In this document: positions 57,207-64,000 of the stretch, piece after piece | Layout of the letters: each line of letters begins with the position of its first letter | How positions within the stretch are numbered: position 1 is the first letter of the stretch | From: a virus | Virus record (IMG/VR): IMGVR_UViG_3300016471_001132 | Span: 72,095-136,094 of that record | Length of the DNA stretch: 64,000 bases | Reading direction: 5' to 3' (one strand) | The notes under the pieces: model-generated | The model's input: only the letters and a program-made list of their open reading frames with translations | The model's database searches: none | What the model was told of the DNA's origin: nothing | Made by a program: the position numbers and the translations under genes

Positions 57207-58445
57207 ATGTTCTCCGTTGATAATTTTTATACTTTCATGAATTCTCGTTATGGCATCGAGAATGATGGTAGAAACATATTGTACATTTTCCGTCCGCATA
57301 GTAGTAAAGATTGGAATGATTTGTATGGAGGGTTTATAGATCAAAAACATCAACAGCAAAACAGAGGTATGTACAATACCAAAGGCAAGATTATTTTGCA
57401 TGATCAAGAACCATTTGATCAATACAGTTTAGATATTTATAAAAAGCAAGATAGCACAGATAAAAAGGAAATTTGGAGAGAGTTACAACCCAATGAGGAA
57501 GTTTTTTTACTCAACAATTATCCTTCACTGGGATGGCCAATTTTTTGCCACAGCGAGATGAACAGCACGGATATAGATTTTGTGAGGCACGCAGGCGGCA
57601 TGGACTGTCATTACTTCTGGCATGGGCTCATCTCCAGAGATTGGTTTAGACACTGGAAACACCACGCCGGTATATCGCCGTCTAAATCGTGGAGGTTTAG
57701 ATTCCTTTTATATGCCCGAGACTGTAGTGCACCAAGGCAATATCGGGCTCAATTGATCAATGACTTGTTTCCTATTAGGCATACCGTAAATCACAACTGG
57801 AATAAAGAACCTCCGGTATCATCTGATTACAGTGCAATGATATCAGTGCCCGACTCACAAACCTCTGCCATACATCTGGTAGCAGAGACTTTGTTCGACA
57901 AAAACAAAATCCATCTGACTGAGAAGATATTTAAACCCATGGTCATGATGCAACCATTTATCGTATTTGCTGCAGCAGGTGCATTACAATATCTCAGAGA
58001 CTACGGGTTCCAAACATTCTCTGACGTCTGGGATGAAAGCTACGATGAGATCACGGATCATGCCCACAGATATCACAAGATATTAGAACTGATCCGTGGT
58101 CTCAATGACCTCGACGAGCGCACATTCAATCAAAAGATGAGGCTCGCAGAATCTATCGTTGCGCACAATCATCAACGATTTTTCAGCACGGAATTCGAGA
58201 AGCAGATGATCAAAGAAATCACTACAAACATGGATCACTGTTTGACCTGGCAAGATGAAAAGACCAAAGAGTTCCCAGGTGGATCAGCGTTCTATGTGTT
58301 ACAACAACGCCTGGCCCGTAACCTTGATCCAGTGGGTCTTAAACATCGAATATCTCAGAGTCTGGACTATCTAAAGCATCACAATGAAGCAAGATATCGC
58401 GCTATCTTGCAGCAATACGGCGATCTATGCCACAATCTTGTTTAG
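57207..58445 (+). CDS. Putative glycosyltransferase-like protein (xEKxxKPI family)
   Basis: LVAET, TEKIFKPM, LRDYGFQTF, WDESYD. Confidence 0.55.
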   Translation: MFSVDNFYTFMNSRYGIENDGRNILYIFRPHSSKDWNDLYGGFIDQKHQQQNRGMYNTKGKIILHDQEPFDQYSLDIYKKQDSTDKKEIWRELQPNEEVFLLNNYPSLGWPIFCHSEMNSTDIDFVRHAGGMDCHYFWHGLISRDWFRHWKHHAGISPSKSWRFRFLLYARDCSAPRQYRAQLINDLFPIRHTVNHNWNKEPPVSSDYSAMISVPDSQTSAIHLVAETLFDKNKIHLTEKIFKPMVMMQPFIVFAAAGALQYLRDYGFQTFSDVWDESYDEITDHAHRYHKILELIRGLNDLDERTFNQKMRLAESIVAHNHQRFFSTEFEKQMIKEITTNMDHCLTWQDEKTKEFPGGSAFYVLQQRLARNLDPVGLKHRISQSLDYLKHHNEARYRAILQQYGDLCHNLV

Positions 58446-58787
58446 TATAGGATCCCAGTTGGGCCCCGGATCTGATTCTGTGTACACTCGCACACGATTA
58501 CCTATCTCTTCGTAAAAACTGTCAACCTGGCCGCCCCAAGATCCCATGAGACTTTCGATGTCTTGAAGGCATTGATGCCATCGGCGTGTCTTGTAATTTT
58601 CCATCAATCGTGCATGATGCTCTTTGAGTGTGTCAGTGATTACTAGATCGTTGATGTTGACTGTTTCTATCAAGCAATATGCGGTCACAGGGTCTTGTTG
58701 TGGGTCAAGACGTAGTGTATCCAACTCCAAGACTATGTACTTCTCGCCGATCACAGCGGCGTTCTCTCGCCCCATTATGATGTTCAT
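58425..58787 (-). CDS. Hypothetical protein (faint resemblance to adenylate-cyclase C-terminal extension)
   Basis: YIVLELDT; coupled to clpS. Confidence 0.6.
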   Translation of the reverse strand: MNIIMGRENAAVIGEKYIVLELDTLRLDPQQDPVTAYCLIETVNINDLVITDTLKEHHARLMENYKTRRWHQCLQDIESLMGSWGGQVDSFYEEIGNRVRVYTESDPGPNWDPILNKIVA

Positions 58788-59095
58788 GTCTGAGGCTCCA
58801 GTTTGATCTGCAAGGGGTAACCTTTTGAACGGGCAGCCACGGTGATCTCTACGCCTTTTTGTTCAGCTAACTCATACGGTAGCACTGCTACCACAGCAGA
58901 CCCAGTTTCATGGATAGCAGCAGTGACTTCTTGGGCACTGTCTATGGTATAATCAAAATGCTCGATCAAAGTGCCAACGACAAAGTCCATGGGAGTCTGA
59001 TCATCATTGATGTAGATAATCCGAAACATGGGAGGTTCTTTGATATCCAAGTTGGTTTTTGTGCGTGTTTTTGTTTTCGTCTCGGCCTGCGCCAT
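58784..59095 (-). CDS. clpS: N-end-rule adaptor ClpS
   Basis: PPMFRIIYINDDQTPMDFV, IHETG, ELAEQK, YPLQIKLE. Confidence 0.93.
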   Translation of the reverse strand: MAQAETKTKTRTKTNLDIKEPPMFRIIYINDDQTPMDFVVGTLIEHFDYTIDSAQEVTAAIHETGSAVVAVLPYELAEQKGVEITVAARSKGYPLQIKLEPQT

Positions 59096-59117
59096 GTTTG
59101 TTCCTTGTGACAATTTA

Positions 59118-59139
59118 GGTGGGAGAGGATTCTCCCACC
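59118..59139. terminator. Perfect 9-bp hairpin between hsp20 and clpS (terminator or stabiliser)
   Basis: GGTGGGAGA-GGAT-TCTCCCACC; no clear U tract. Confidence 0.5.
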
Positions 59140-59152
59140 CACGGTTACATCA

Positions 59153-59593
59153 TCATGCTTGATACGAAATTGCGATCTTCTTTGGTTTAGCAGCCTCAGG
59201 AATTTCGCGCTCTAACCTCACAGTCAAGATACCATCTTTCATCTGGGCTTCCTTGACCTCAACATAATCGCTGAGTTGGAAGGTGCGGATGAAACTACGA
59301 TTTGATATGCCATGATGTAGATACTCTACCTCGGGGCGAGCCTGATTGCCTTGTCCACCTTGTATCACGAGTTGGTCGTCCTTGACTTCTACCTCGATCT
59401 CATCTTGGCGGAAACCTGCCGCCGCGATCTGGATCTCATAGGTTTCATCACCAGTCTTGATGATGTTGTAGGGAGGATAGTTACCCGCGTTGGCAGCCAG
59501 GTCGATGTTGCGTGTGATGCGATCGAACAAGCTGTCAATACCTACCGTCGAACGATAGAAAGGGGTGAGGTCAAACGAAGTGATTTTAGTCAT
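59153..59593 (-). CDS. ibpA: Small heat-shock protein (Hsp20/IbpA-like)
   Basis: TVGIDSLF, YPPYNI, AGF, YLHHGIS.RSF, DGIL, PKKIAI. Confidence 0.95.
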   Translation of the reverse strand: MTKITSFDLTPFYRSTVGIDSLFDRITRNIDLAANAGNYPPYNIIKTGDETYEIQIAAAGFRQDEIEVEVKDDQLVIQGGQGNQARPEVEYLHHGISNRSFIRTFQLSDYVEVKEAQMKDGILTVRLEREIPEAAKPKKIAISYQA

Positions 59594-59600
59594 GATGTCT

Positions 59601-59687
59601 TCTCCTTTGTTAAGCAAGTTGACTATAGTGTAGCCCGACCATCGGCGCTACAAATATATTTATACAGGTAATTTTGGATTTTGTCAA
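59601..59687 (-). promoter_or_regulatory. Overlapping sigma70 and late promoters plus bulged-G hairpin leader of hsp20
   Basis: TTGACA-17-TATAAA overlapping TATAAATA; GUAGC-G-CCGA-UGG-UCGG-GCUAC; GCUUAACAAAGGAG. Confidence 0.7.
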
Positions 59688-59905
59688 TACTGACGGGGAG
59701 GCAATTGCTGACTACGGAGATGTTTTTTCCAGCGGCTTTTGGCTGCACCTTTTTTGAGCTTGCGACGGGTGGTTGGCTTAACATAAGTTTCGCGATCGCG
59801 GAGTTCCAGAAGTAATCCAGAATTCTGTATTTTTTTCTTAAACTTGCGCATGGCTTTTTCTACATTGCCATCCTGCACTGTAACGGTTCTACCGGTTAGT
59901 TTCAA
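59684..59905 (-). CDS. rpsU: 30S ribosomal protein bS21
   Basis: NVEKAMRKFKKK...ELRDRETYVKPTTRRK; TTG start with AAGGAG SD. Confidence 0.93.
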   Translation of the reverse strand: MKLTGRTVTVQDGNVEKAMRKFKKKIQNSGLLLELRDRETYVKPTTRRKLKKGAAKSRWKKHLRSQQLPPRQY

Positions 59906-61101
59906 ACTGCTATCTCCTTCATGGGCTTGGGATTATTTACCAAGTCTGCATCAATATCTACGCGGTTTATTCCTGCTTTATGATAGGCACGCAAATGGAA
60001 CATGTGCGGCATCAAGGTATGTTCAATCTCGCTGTGTAAAGCGCGGGCACCAGTTCCACTGCTGTGAGCCCGATCCACTATGGTATCCAGCGCGGATTGT
60101 TGGAAATTCAATTCAACTTGATCTTGCCGGAACAGCCACTGATATTGATCGATATAGTTGTTTTTGACTTCGGTGAGGATCCGTGCCAAGTCCGCTCGTT
60201 CCAGGGGCTGGAGATTTACCACACCCGGAAAACGCCCTACGAATTCTGGTATCATGCCGAATCTGACTAGATCATCAGGATTGACTTGATCTAAGCTGAT
60301 GGCTTGATGTTCTTTGACCGATGAATTGAAACCTATACTGGATCCATTCACACGATTGCCTACGATTTTGTCGAGCCCAACAAAGGCACCCCCGGCAATA
60401 AACAGTATATCGGTAGTGTCTATCTCTATCATTTCCCCAGCAGGATGTTTGCGACCTCCTCCGGCTGGTATACGGCAACGAGTACCTTCGACTATTTTTA
60501 GCAAAGCTTGTTGTACTCCCTCCCCAGACACATCTCTGGTTATGGATGCTGATTCACTTTTGCGAGCAATTTTGTCGATCTCGTCTATAAAGATTATGCC
60601 CTGCTGGGTCCGCTGTATATCGTGTCCAGAATTAGCATAAAGCCTAGAAATCAGACTTTCCACATCATCACCCACATAGCCTGCTTCGGTGATGCTCGTG
60701 GCATCTGCTATGGCAAACGGGACATCCAGATATCGTGCCACTGTCCTGGCCAACAGCGTTTTTCCGGATCCAGTGGGCCCGATCATGAGTATGTTTGCCT
60801 TGGCGATTTCTTGGTCAGGATCCTGATTCTTGATCCGTTTGTAGTGATTGATAATGGCCACGCTCAGCATGATCTTGGCCTGTTCTTGACCTATGCAATA
60901 TTGATCCAGATACTGTTTGAGTTTCCTTGGATCATTGATATCTGTGGCAACAGTTTTCGCTGGACTATCTACTAGCAGATCCTGGCACAAGGCTACGCAT
61001 TCGTTGCAGATGGCCACAGCATCACTGACGATGAGTTTGGCCACTGAATCTTTGTGTTTACCGCAGAAACTACAGGTCTGCAACCCTGCGCTGTCGGTCA
61101 T
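59902..61101 (-). CDS. clpX: ATP-dependent Clp protease ATP-binding subunit
   Basis: Zn finger CSFC...CNEC, GPTGSGKT, DEIDK, RDVSGEGVQQALLK, GARAL. Confidence 0.97.
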   Translation of the reverse strand: MTDSAGLQTCSFCGKHKDSVAKLIVSDAVAICNECVALCQDLLVDSPAKTVATDINDPRKLKQYLDQYCIGQEQAKIMLSVAIINHYKRIKNQDPDQEIAKANILMIGPTGSGKTLLARTVARYLDVPFAIADATSITEAGYVGDDVESLISRLYANSGHDIQRTQQGIIFIDEIDKIARKSESASITRDVSGEGVQQALLKIVEGTRCRIPAGGGRKHPAGEMIEIDTTDILFIAGGAFVGLDKIVGNRVNGSSIGFNSSVKEHQAISLDQVNPDDLVRFGMIPEFVGRFPGVVNLQPLERADLARILTEVKNNYIDQYQWLFRQDQVELNFQQSALDTIVDRAHSSGTGARALHSEIEHTLMPHMFHLRAYHKAGINRVDIDADLVNNPKPMKEIAV

Positions 61102-62588
61102 ATCAAGTCCGTGCGCAGACGAGATTCAATCTGCAATCGTTCAGCATCGGTCAGCAGTTCTGGATCGTATTCACCCGACCCGATCTTGGCTATGAGATGA
61201 TTGATGTATTCATCGTTGAAAGCATAAGAATCAGATTGATCCTTGACTACTTCGATCCATTTTTCTCCGTTGAATTTGTGTAGTGTAGTAGGAAGATGAT
61301 CAGTCCTGATCCAAATCTGACCTTTGGTGGGAGTGGTAGGAAATTCAGAACCGAAACCCGACTCGCTGGCTCTGAGATAATCTTCCCAGGGAAGCCGATC
61401 TATCTGTCCTGTTTCCAAGAGATGGCGCTGTTCCTTTAGAGTTTTGTCAGGGTTATCAGATTTCCAGCGCCTTTGTGCTGTTTTGATATCGTTGTCTTGA
61501 GATTCATCAGTATCTATTTCTGCCGAGTTCTGGGTCAGGATTGTAGGTTGCTGGCTTTTGATTCTCTGTGTTATATCTTGTCCGCCCCATTGGTCTGCCG
61601 GGATGCTGGTAGGTTGTCCCACCACCTCAGCCAAGGGTTGGTCGCCCAGATCAGTTCTTGCAGGGTGTCCATCCAAATCCTTGGGAATACTTGCATCATC
61701 AGGTAAAATTCCATTTTGCGGTCTCCTAAACTTTTTCCAGAGGTCCTCGACCCAGACCTTGGTCTTTGTGACAGCATCGTTGACTGGCTGATCAGGAGGA
61801 TCAACCTGTTCTTCTCGATCTCTTCTGCGTCCATGCTTTTCCCACTTGTAACTCTCTGTGGCCGCCAGCAACATGAATATGGCCAAAGGATCAAACACAG
61901 TGACCAAGATTATGATGACCCAGCGCACAGCTTTTTCAAGCAGGTTGGCGTCGGGATTGTCGCCGTAGATCAAGGCCGCTATGTATTTGATCGGGCCTAC
62001 CTCGGCTTCGACCTTTCGGGCCTGGGCAGCGATGGGTGCTCTTTGCTCGTTTAATTTGACTATTTCTGCCTGTGATCGACTGATGTCCTGCTGTAATCGA
62101 TTTCTTTCCGCGGCCTGTTGTCGTCGTATCTGTACTGCTCGTTCAGCACCACGGTCATCGGTGGTACGGCCCAACACCTGATCGACCTGTGCATCCATCT
62201 GTTTCAATGCAGTCCTAGCCGCTTCGATGTTGTCTCTTTGTGTTTTGATCTTTTCATCAAATATAGCTACCTGGGCAGAAATATCACCAGCTGGAACGGC
62301 CTGGTCCAGGTGTGCTTTTGACAGGAAACCAAATATGCCCATGCTGGTTATCAGCATGAGCACGCCCACTGCTGGAACGAGATAGGCTTTCATGGCAAGA
62401 CGGCATTGGCGCCAATATTCGTGCAGCCATACCGTGACCACTAATTTAGCGATCTCCAGGATCGATCCCATGACAGCCACAGGCACTACCGCTGCCGCGA
62501 AAATAGCTATGAGGCCGATGATGCTATAGAAAGCAGCAATGGTGCTAAGACATAGAGCCACTGCCAACATGAGATAAGTCAAAAACAT
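61098..62588 (-). CDS. Multi-pass membrane/coiled-coil protein (496 aa)
   Basis: N-terminal TM segments, GIFGFLSKAH, EVGPIKYIA, FDPLAI; TAAATA 7 nt before ATG. Confidence 0.75.
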   Translation of the reverse strand: MFLTYLMLAVALCLSTIAAFYSIIGLIAIFAAAVVPVAVMGSILEIAKLVVTVWLHEYWRQCRLAMKAYLVPAVGVLMLITSMGIFGFLSKAHLDQAVPAGDISAQVAIFDEKIKTQRDNIEAARTALKQMDAQVDQVLGRTTDDRGAERAVQIRRQQAAERNRLQQDISRSQAEIVKLNEQRAPIAAQARKVEAEVGPIKYIAALIYGDNPDANLLEKAVRWVIIILVTVFDPLAIFMLLAATESYKWEKHGRRRDREEQVDPPDQPVNDAVTKTKVWVEDLWKKFRRPQNGILPDDASIPKDLDGHPARTDLGDQPLAEVVGQPTSIPADQWGGQDITQRIKSQQPTILTQNSAEIDTDESQDNDIKTAQRRWKSDNPDKTLKEQRHLLETGQIDRLPWEDYLRASESGFGSEFPTTPTKGQIWIRTDHLPTTLHKFNGEKWIEVVKDQSDSYAFNDEYINHLIAKIGSGEYDPELLTDAERLQIESRLRTDLI

Positions 62589-62594
62589 AATTGT

Positions 62595-62906
62595 TTATTT
62601 AGTGGCCTGGTATTTGCTATCACTGTGTACTTGTAGGCTGAATTTCACGCTTATCCAGGTGGCAAAGCGCGGATCAGGCACTTCAAACCATACTGGCATG
62701 GGTGCAGATCTCGTGAAAGTTATCCTGCCCACATTGGCCTGGCTTTCTAGTTTGCGTTTGACCTTGCTCTGTGCCCGCCAGTTCTTGCCGAACCATGATC
62801 GGCACTCTCGGATAATGCCATACCATTGTTCGGTGGTGCGCACATAGAACCAAAACCGGTGCAGTTCCGGGGTCGTTATTTTAAGTGGATCGAGTTGCTT
62901 CGACAT
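62595..62906 (-). CDS. Hypothetical protein (103 aa)
   Basis: ORF directly downstream of the structured RNA. Confidence 0.7.
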   Translation of the reverse strand: MSKQLDPLKITTPELHRFWFYVRTTEQWYGIIRECRSWFGKNWRAQSKVKRKLESQANVGRITFTRSAPMPVWFEVPDPRFATWISVKFSLQVHSDSKYQATK

Positions 62907-62923
62907 AAAGTTTAGAGATCTCC

Positions 62924-63151
62924 GAACTGATACAGCACAACAGCCTGCTTTACACCATGACCGTCCTCTTCAGGCCAACTCCCCACATCAGAGGCCTTCT
63001 CAGGGCTTGATGTGGGTTTTGGACAGGACCCCAGCGGTCTGCTCCTGCCCAGGATGGTGCCACACCTCGAGGACTCATGTGGGCATCTGCCATGGACCCG
63101 CTTCCCGGGTCAGGTCCCGCCCAAGGCCTCAATCGTGCCCCTTCACTGCTC
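62924..63151 (-). ncRNA. Putative structured non-coding RNA (~228 nt), family unrecognised
   Basis: Own promoter; 5'/3' ends pair; at least six further helices; about 60% GC by hand count. Confidence 0.7.
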
Positions 63152-63155
63152 TAGT

Positions 63156-63184
63156 ATTTTAGCAGGAACTCACTGGATTGTCAA
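63156..63184 (-). promoter_or_regulatory. Sigma70-type promoter of the structured RNA
   Basis: TTGACA-17-TAAAAT. Confidence 0.85.
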
Positions 63185-63390
63185 ACTTTATCGCGACTTT
63201 CGAACAGGCTCCATTCGCGTTCGTCGGTCACGATCCTGTTGTAGAGAGAGTCGTATTTCCGTTCTAGAAGCCGGATGCGAAGCCAAAGGAAAACCACGGC
63301 CGTGACAAGCACCGTGGTCGTGAGTCCCCAACCTGCTATGAGACTAAAGAACCAATTCCAAACACTGGCGAACTCAGACAGTATATCCAC
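63181..63390 (-). CDS. Single-TM hypothetical protein
   Basis: Hydrophobic central segment. Confidence 0.65.
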   Translation of the reverse strand: MDILSEFASVWNWFFSLIAGWGLTTTVLVTAVVFLWLRIRLLERKYDSLYNRIVTDEREWSLFESRDKV

Positions 63391-63463
63391 TGCGGCCTTT
63401 CCACCATTTCATGATGCGCCATTTCACATAGGCCAACCATTCACTACGAGGAATCTTAGTCAT
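63374..63463 (-). CDS. 29-aa Trp-rich micropeptide (not in track)
   Basis: MTKIPRSEWLAYVKWRIMKWWKGRSGYTV; overlaps both neighbours. Confidence 0.4.
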   Translation of the reverse strand: MTKIPRSEWLAYVKWRIMKWWKGRSGYTV

Positions 63464-63626
63464 TTTCCACGCCTTTCTTTTCGATGATACTGCCTACAAC
63501 ACCACAGGCCAGGCCTACCGCCAGGAGCACCCAATCGCCCATGACCAGACTCACTACCGCGCACACAAAGGCCGTGAGGAACAACACAAACGGAACATCT
63601 CCTACTACATCATTCAACCAGCTCAT
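63456..63626 (-). CDS. 56-aa two-TM protein (not in track)
   Basis: MSWLNDVVGDVPFVLFLTAFVCAVVSLVMG...; ATGA overlap with the ligase stop. Confidence 0.65.
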   Translation of the reverse strand: MSWLNDVVGDVPFVLFLTAFVCAVVSLVMGDWVLLAVGLACGVVGSIIEKKGVEND

Positions 63627-64000
63627 AGTTTTTCATCTTTCTCAAATCCACGGAAACGAACAAAGCGCGGGAATCTCAGACTGTACGATCCGTCTTGATT
63701 TTGCGTGACTGCGTCAGCTTCGACTTCGACCACTCGATCAAGTAAGTGATCCCGACCACGCCAATACTCATCACGATCGCTATCGCTAAGGCCGCTACCA
63801 ACATTAACACGAATAGATCTTCCATTGTCCACTCCTTCGCAGATCAAGGCACCCAATCTACCCAGATTGCGTCCGGTGCCTTCTTCGACGCCAACTATAT
63901 TTAAGTCCACTGTGATAGTGGGCTTCCATTTCATCCAGAAACTCGACCGCTTGCATTCATAGGGAGCATCCAGATCCTTGATCATGATGCCTTCATAGCC
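63623..64000 (-). CDS. lig: ATP-dependent DNA ligase, C-terminal part (partial)
   Basis: GYEGIMIKD, WMKWK, GRLGAL, VGSG, LRFPRFVRFR. Confidence 0.95.
   Translation of the reverse strand, partial: GYEGIMIKDLDAPYECKRSSFWMKWKPTITVDLNIVGVEEGTGRNLGRLGALICEGVDNGRSIRVNVGSGLSDSDRDEYWRGRDHLLDRVVEVEADAVTQNQDGSYSLRFPRFVRFRGFEKDEKL

Noticed and set aside
49831-61101. Host-chromosome contamination suggested by aceA, clpX, rpsU and dadA
   Set aside because: The genes are interleaved with phage-type hypotheticals and T4-like late promoters and lack their usual bacterial neighbours (aceB, tig/lon, dnaG).
63095-63120. GGTCAGGTCC resembling SRP RNA helix 8
   Set aside because: The required GNRA-GGAAGCAG half is missing, and the match is on the strand opposite the promoter.
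62950-63132. 60-aa minus-strand ORF (and the 97-aa plus ORF 63012-63305) over the structured RNA
   Set aside because: No SD, TTG-type start and no protein-like features; extensive base-pairing explains the region better.
62924-63151. tmRNA, RNase P or group I intron identity for the structured RNA
   Set aside because: No tRNA-like acceptor/T-arm with CCA, no GAGGAAAGUCC or CAGAACCCGGCUUA, no P7-forming R/S elements.
1-64000. CRISPR array or cas genes
   Set aside because: No regularly spaced 23-47-nt repeats and no Cas-like ORFs seen by eye.
1-64000. tRNA genes
   Set aside because: GTTCGA-type hits I noticed fall inside coding genes without cloverleaf context; a formal tRNAscan was not possible.
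1-64000. Stop-codon recoding (code 4 or 15), known in some large phages
   Set aside because: Conserved proteins are full length in code 11, and TAA, TGA and TAG all end genes (TAG at 4798, 39332, 45387).

Overview
The window is a 64-kb slice of a large lytic dsDNA phage, T4-related/jumbo myovirus-like. Supporting signs are dense, mostly minus-strand genes with frequent ATGA/TAATG stop-start overlaps, sigma70-type early promoters (TTGAC[ACT]-17/18-TAnnnT) and T4-like late promoters (TAAATA/TATAAATA). It uses the standard genetic code. The host is possibly a proteobacterium (inference from aceA, dadA, clpS and a phasin-like gene). Contents: (i) replication genes (clamp-loader ATPase, DnaE fragment, partial ATP-dependent ligase, UvsE); (ii) a baseplate/tail-fibre block at 3.9-13.8 kb; (iii) host-type genes (groES, iscA/erpA, SOD, infA, rpsU, nadE, yccA-like, aceA, dadA, fatty-acid desaturase, clpP x2, clpX, clpS, hsp20); (iv) a nuclease/methylase/ParB-like cluster at 23.7-27.3 kb; (v) radical-SAM, amidinotransferase, UDP-sugar dehydrogenase and putative glycosyltransferase genes; (vi) many small early ORFs. 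I saw no tRNA, rRNA, CRISPR array, integrase or transposase. The most notable unexplained signals are a ~228-nt closed, multi-branched structured RNA behind its own near-consensus promoter (62.9-63.2 kb), a TGC-N3-GCA operator abutting the late promoters of a phasin-like gene, aceA and a micro-ORF cluster, a bulged-G hairpin leader shared by hsp20 and the phasin-like gene, and widespread apparently leaderless genes alongside phage IF1 and bS21. All family assignments come from motif recognition by eye; no searches were run. Some starts were moved from the ORF track using promoter, SD and overlap context.
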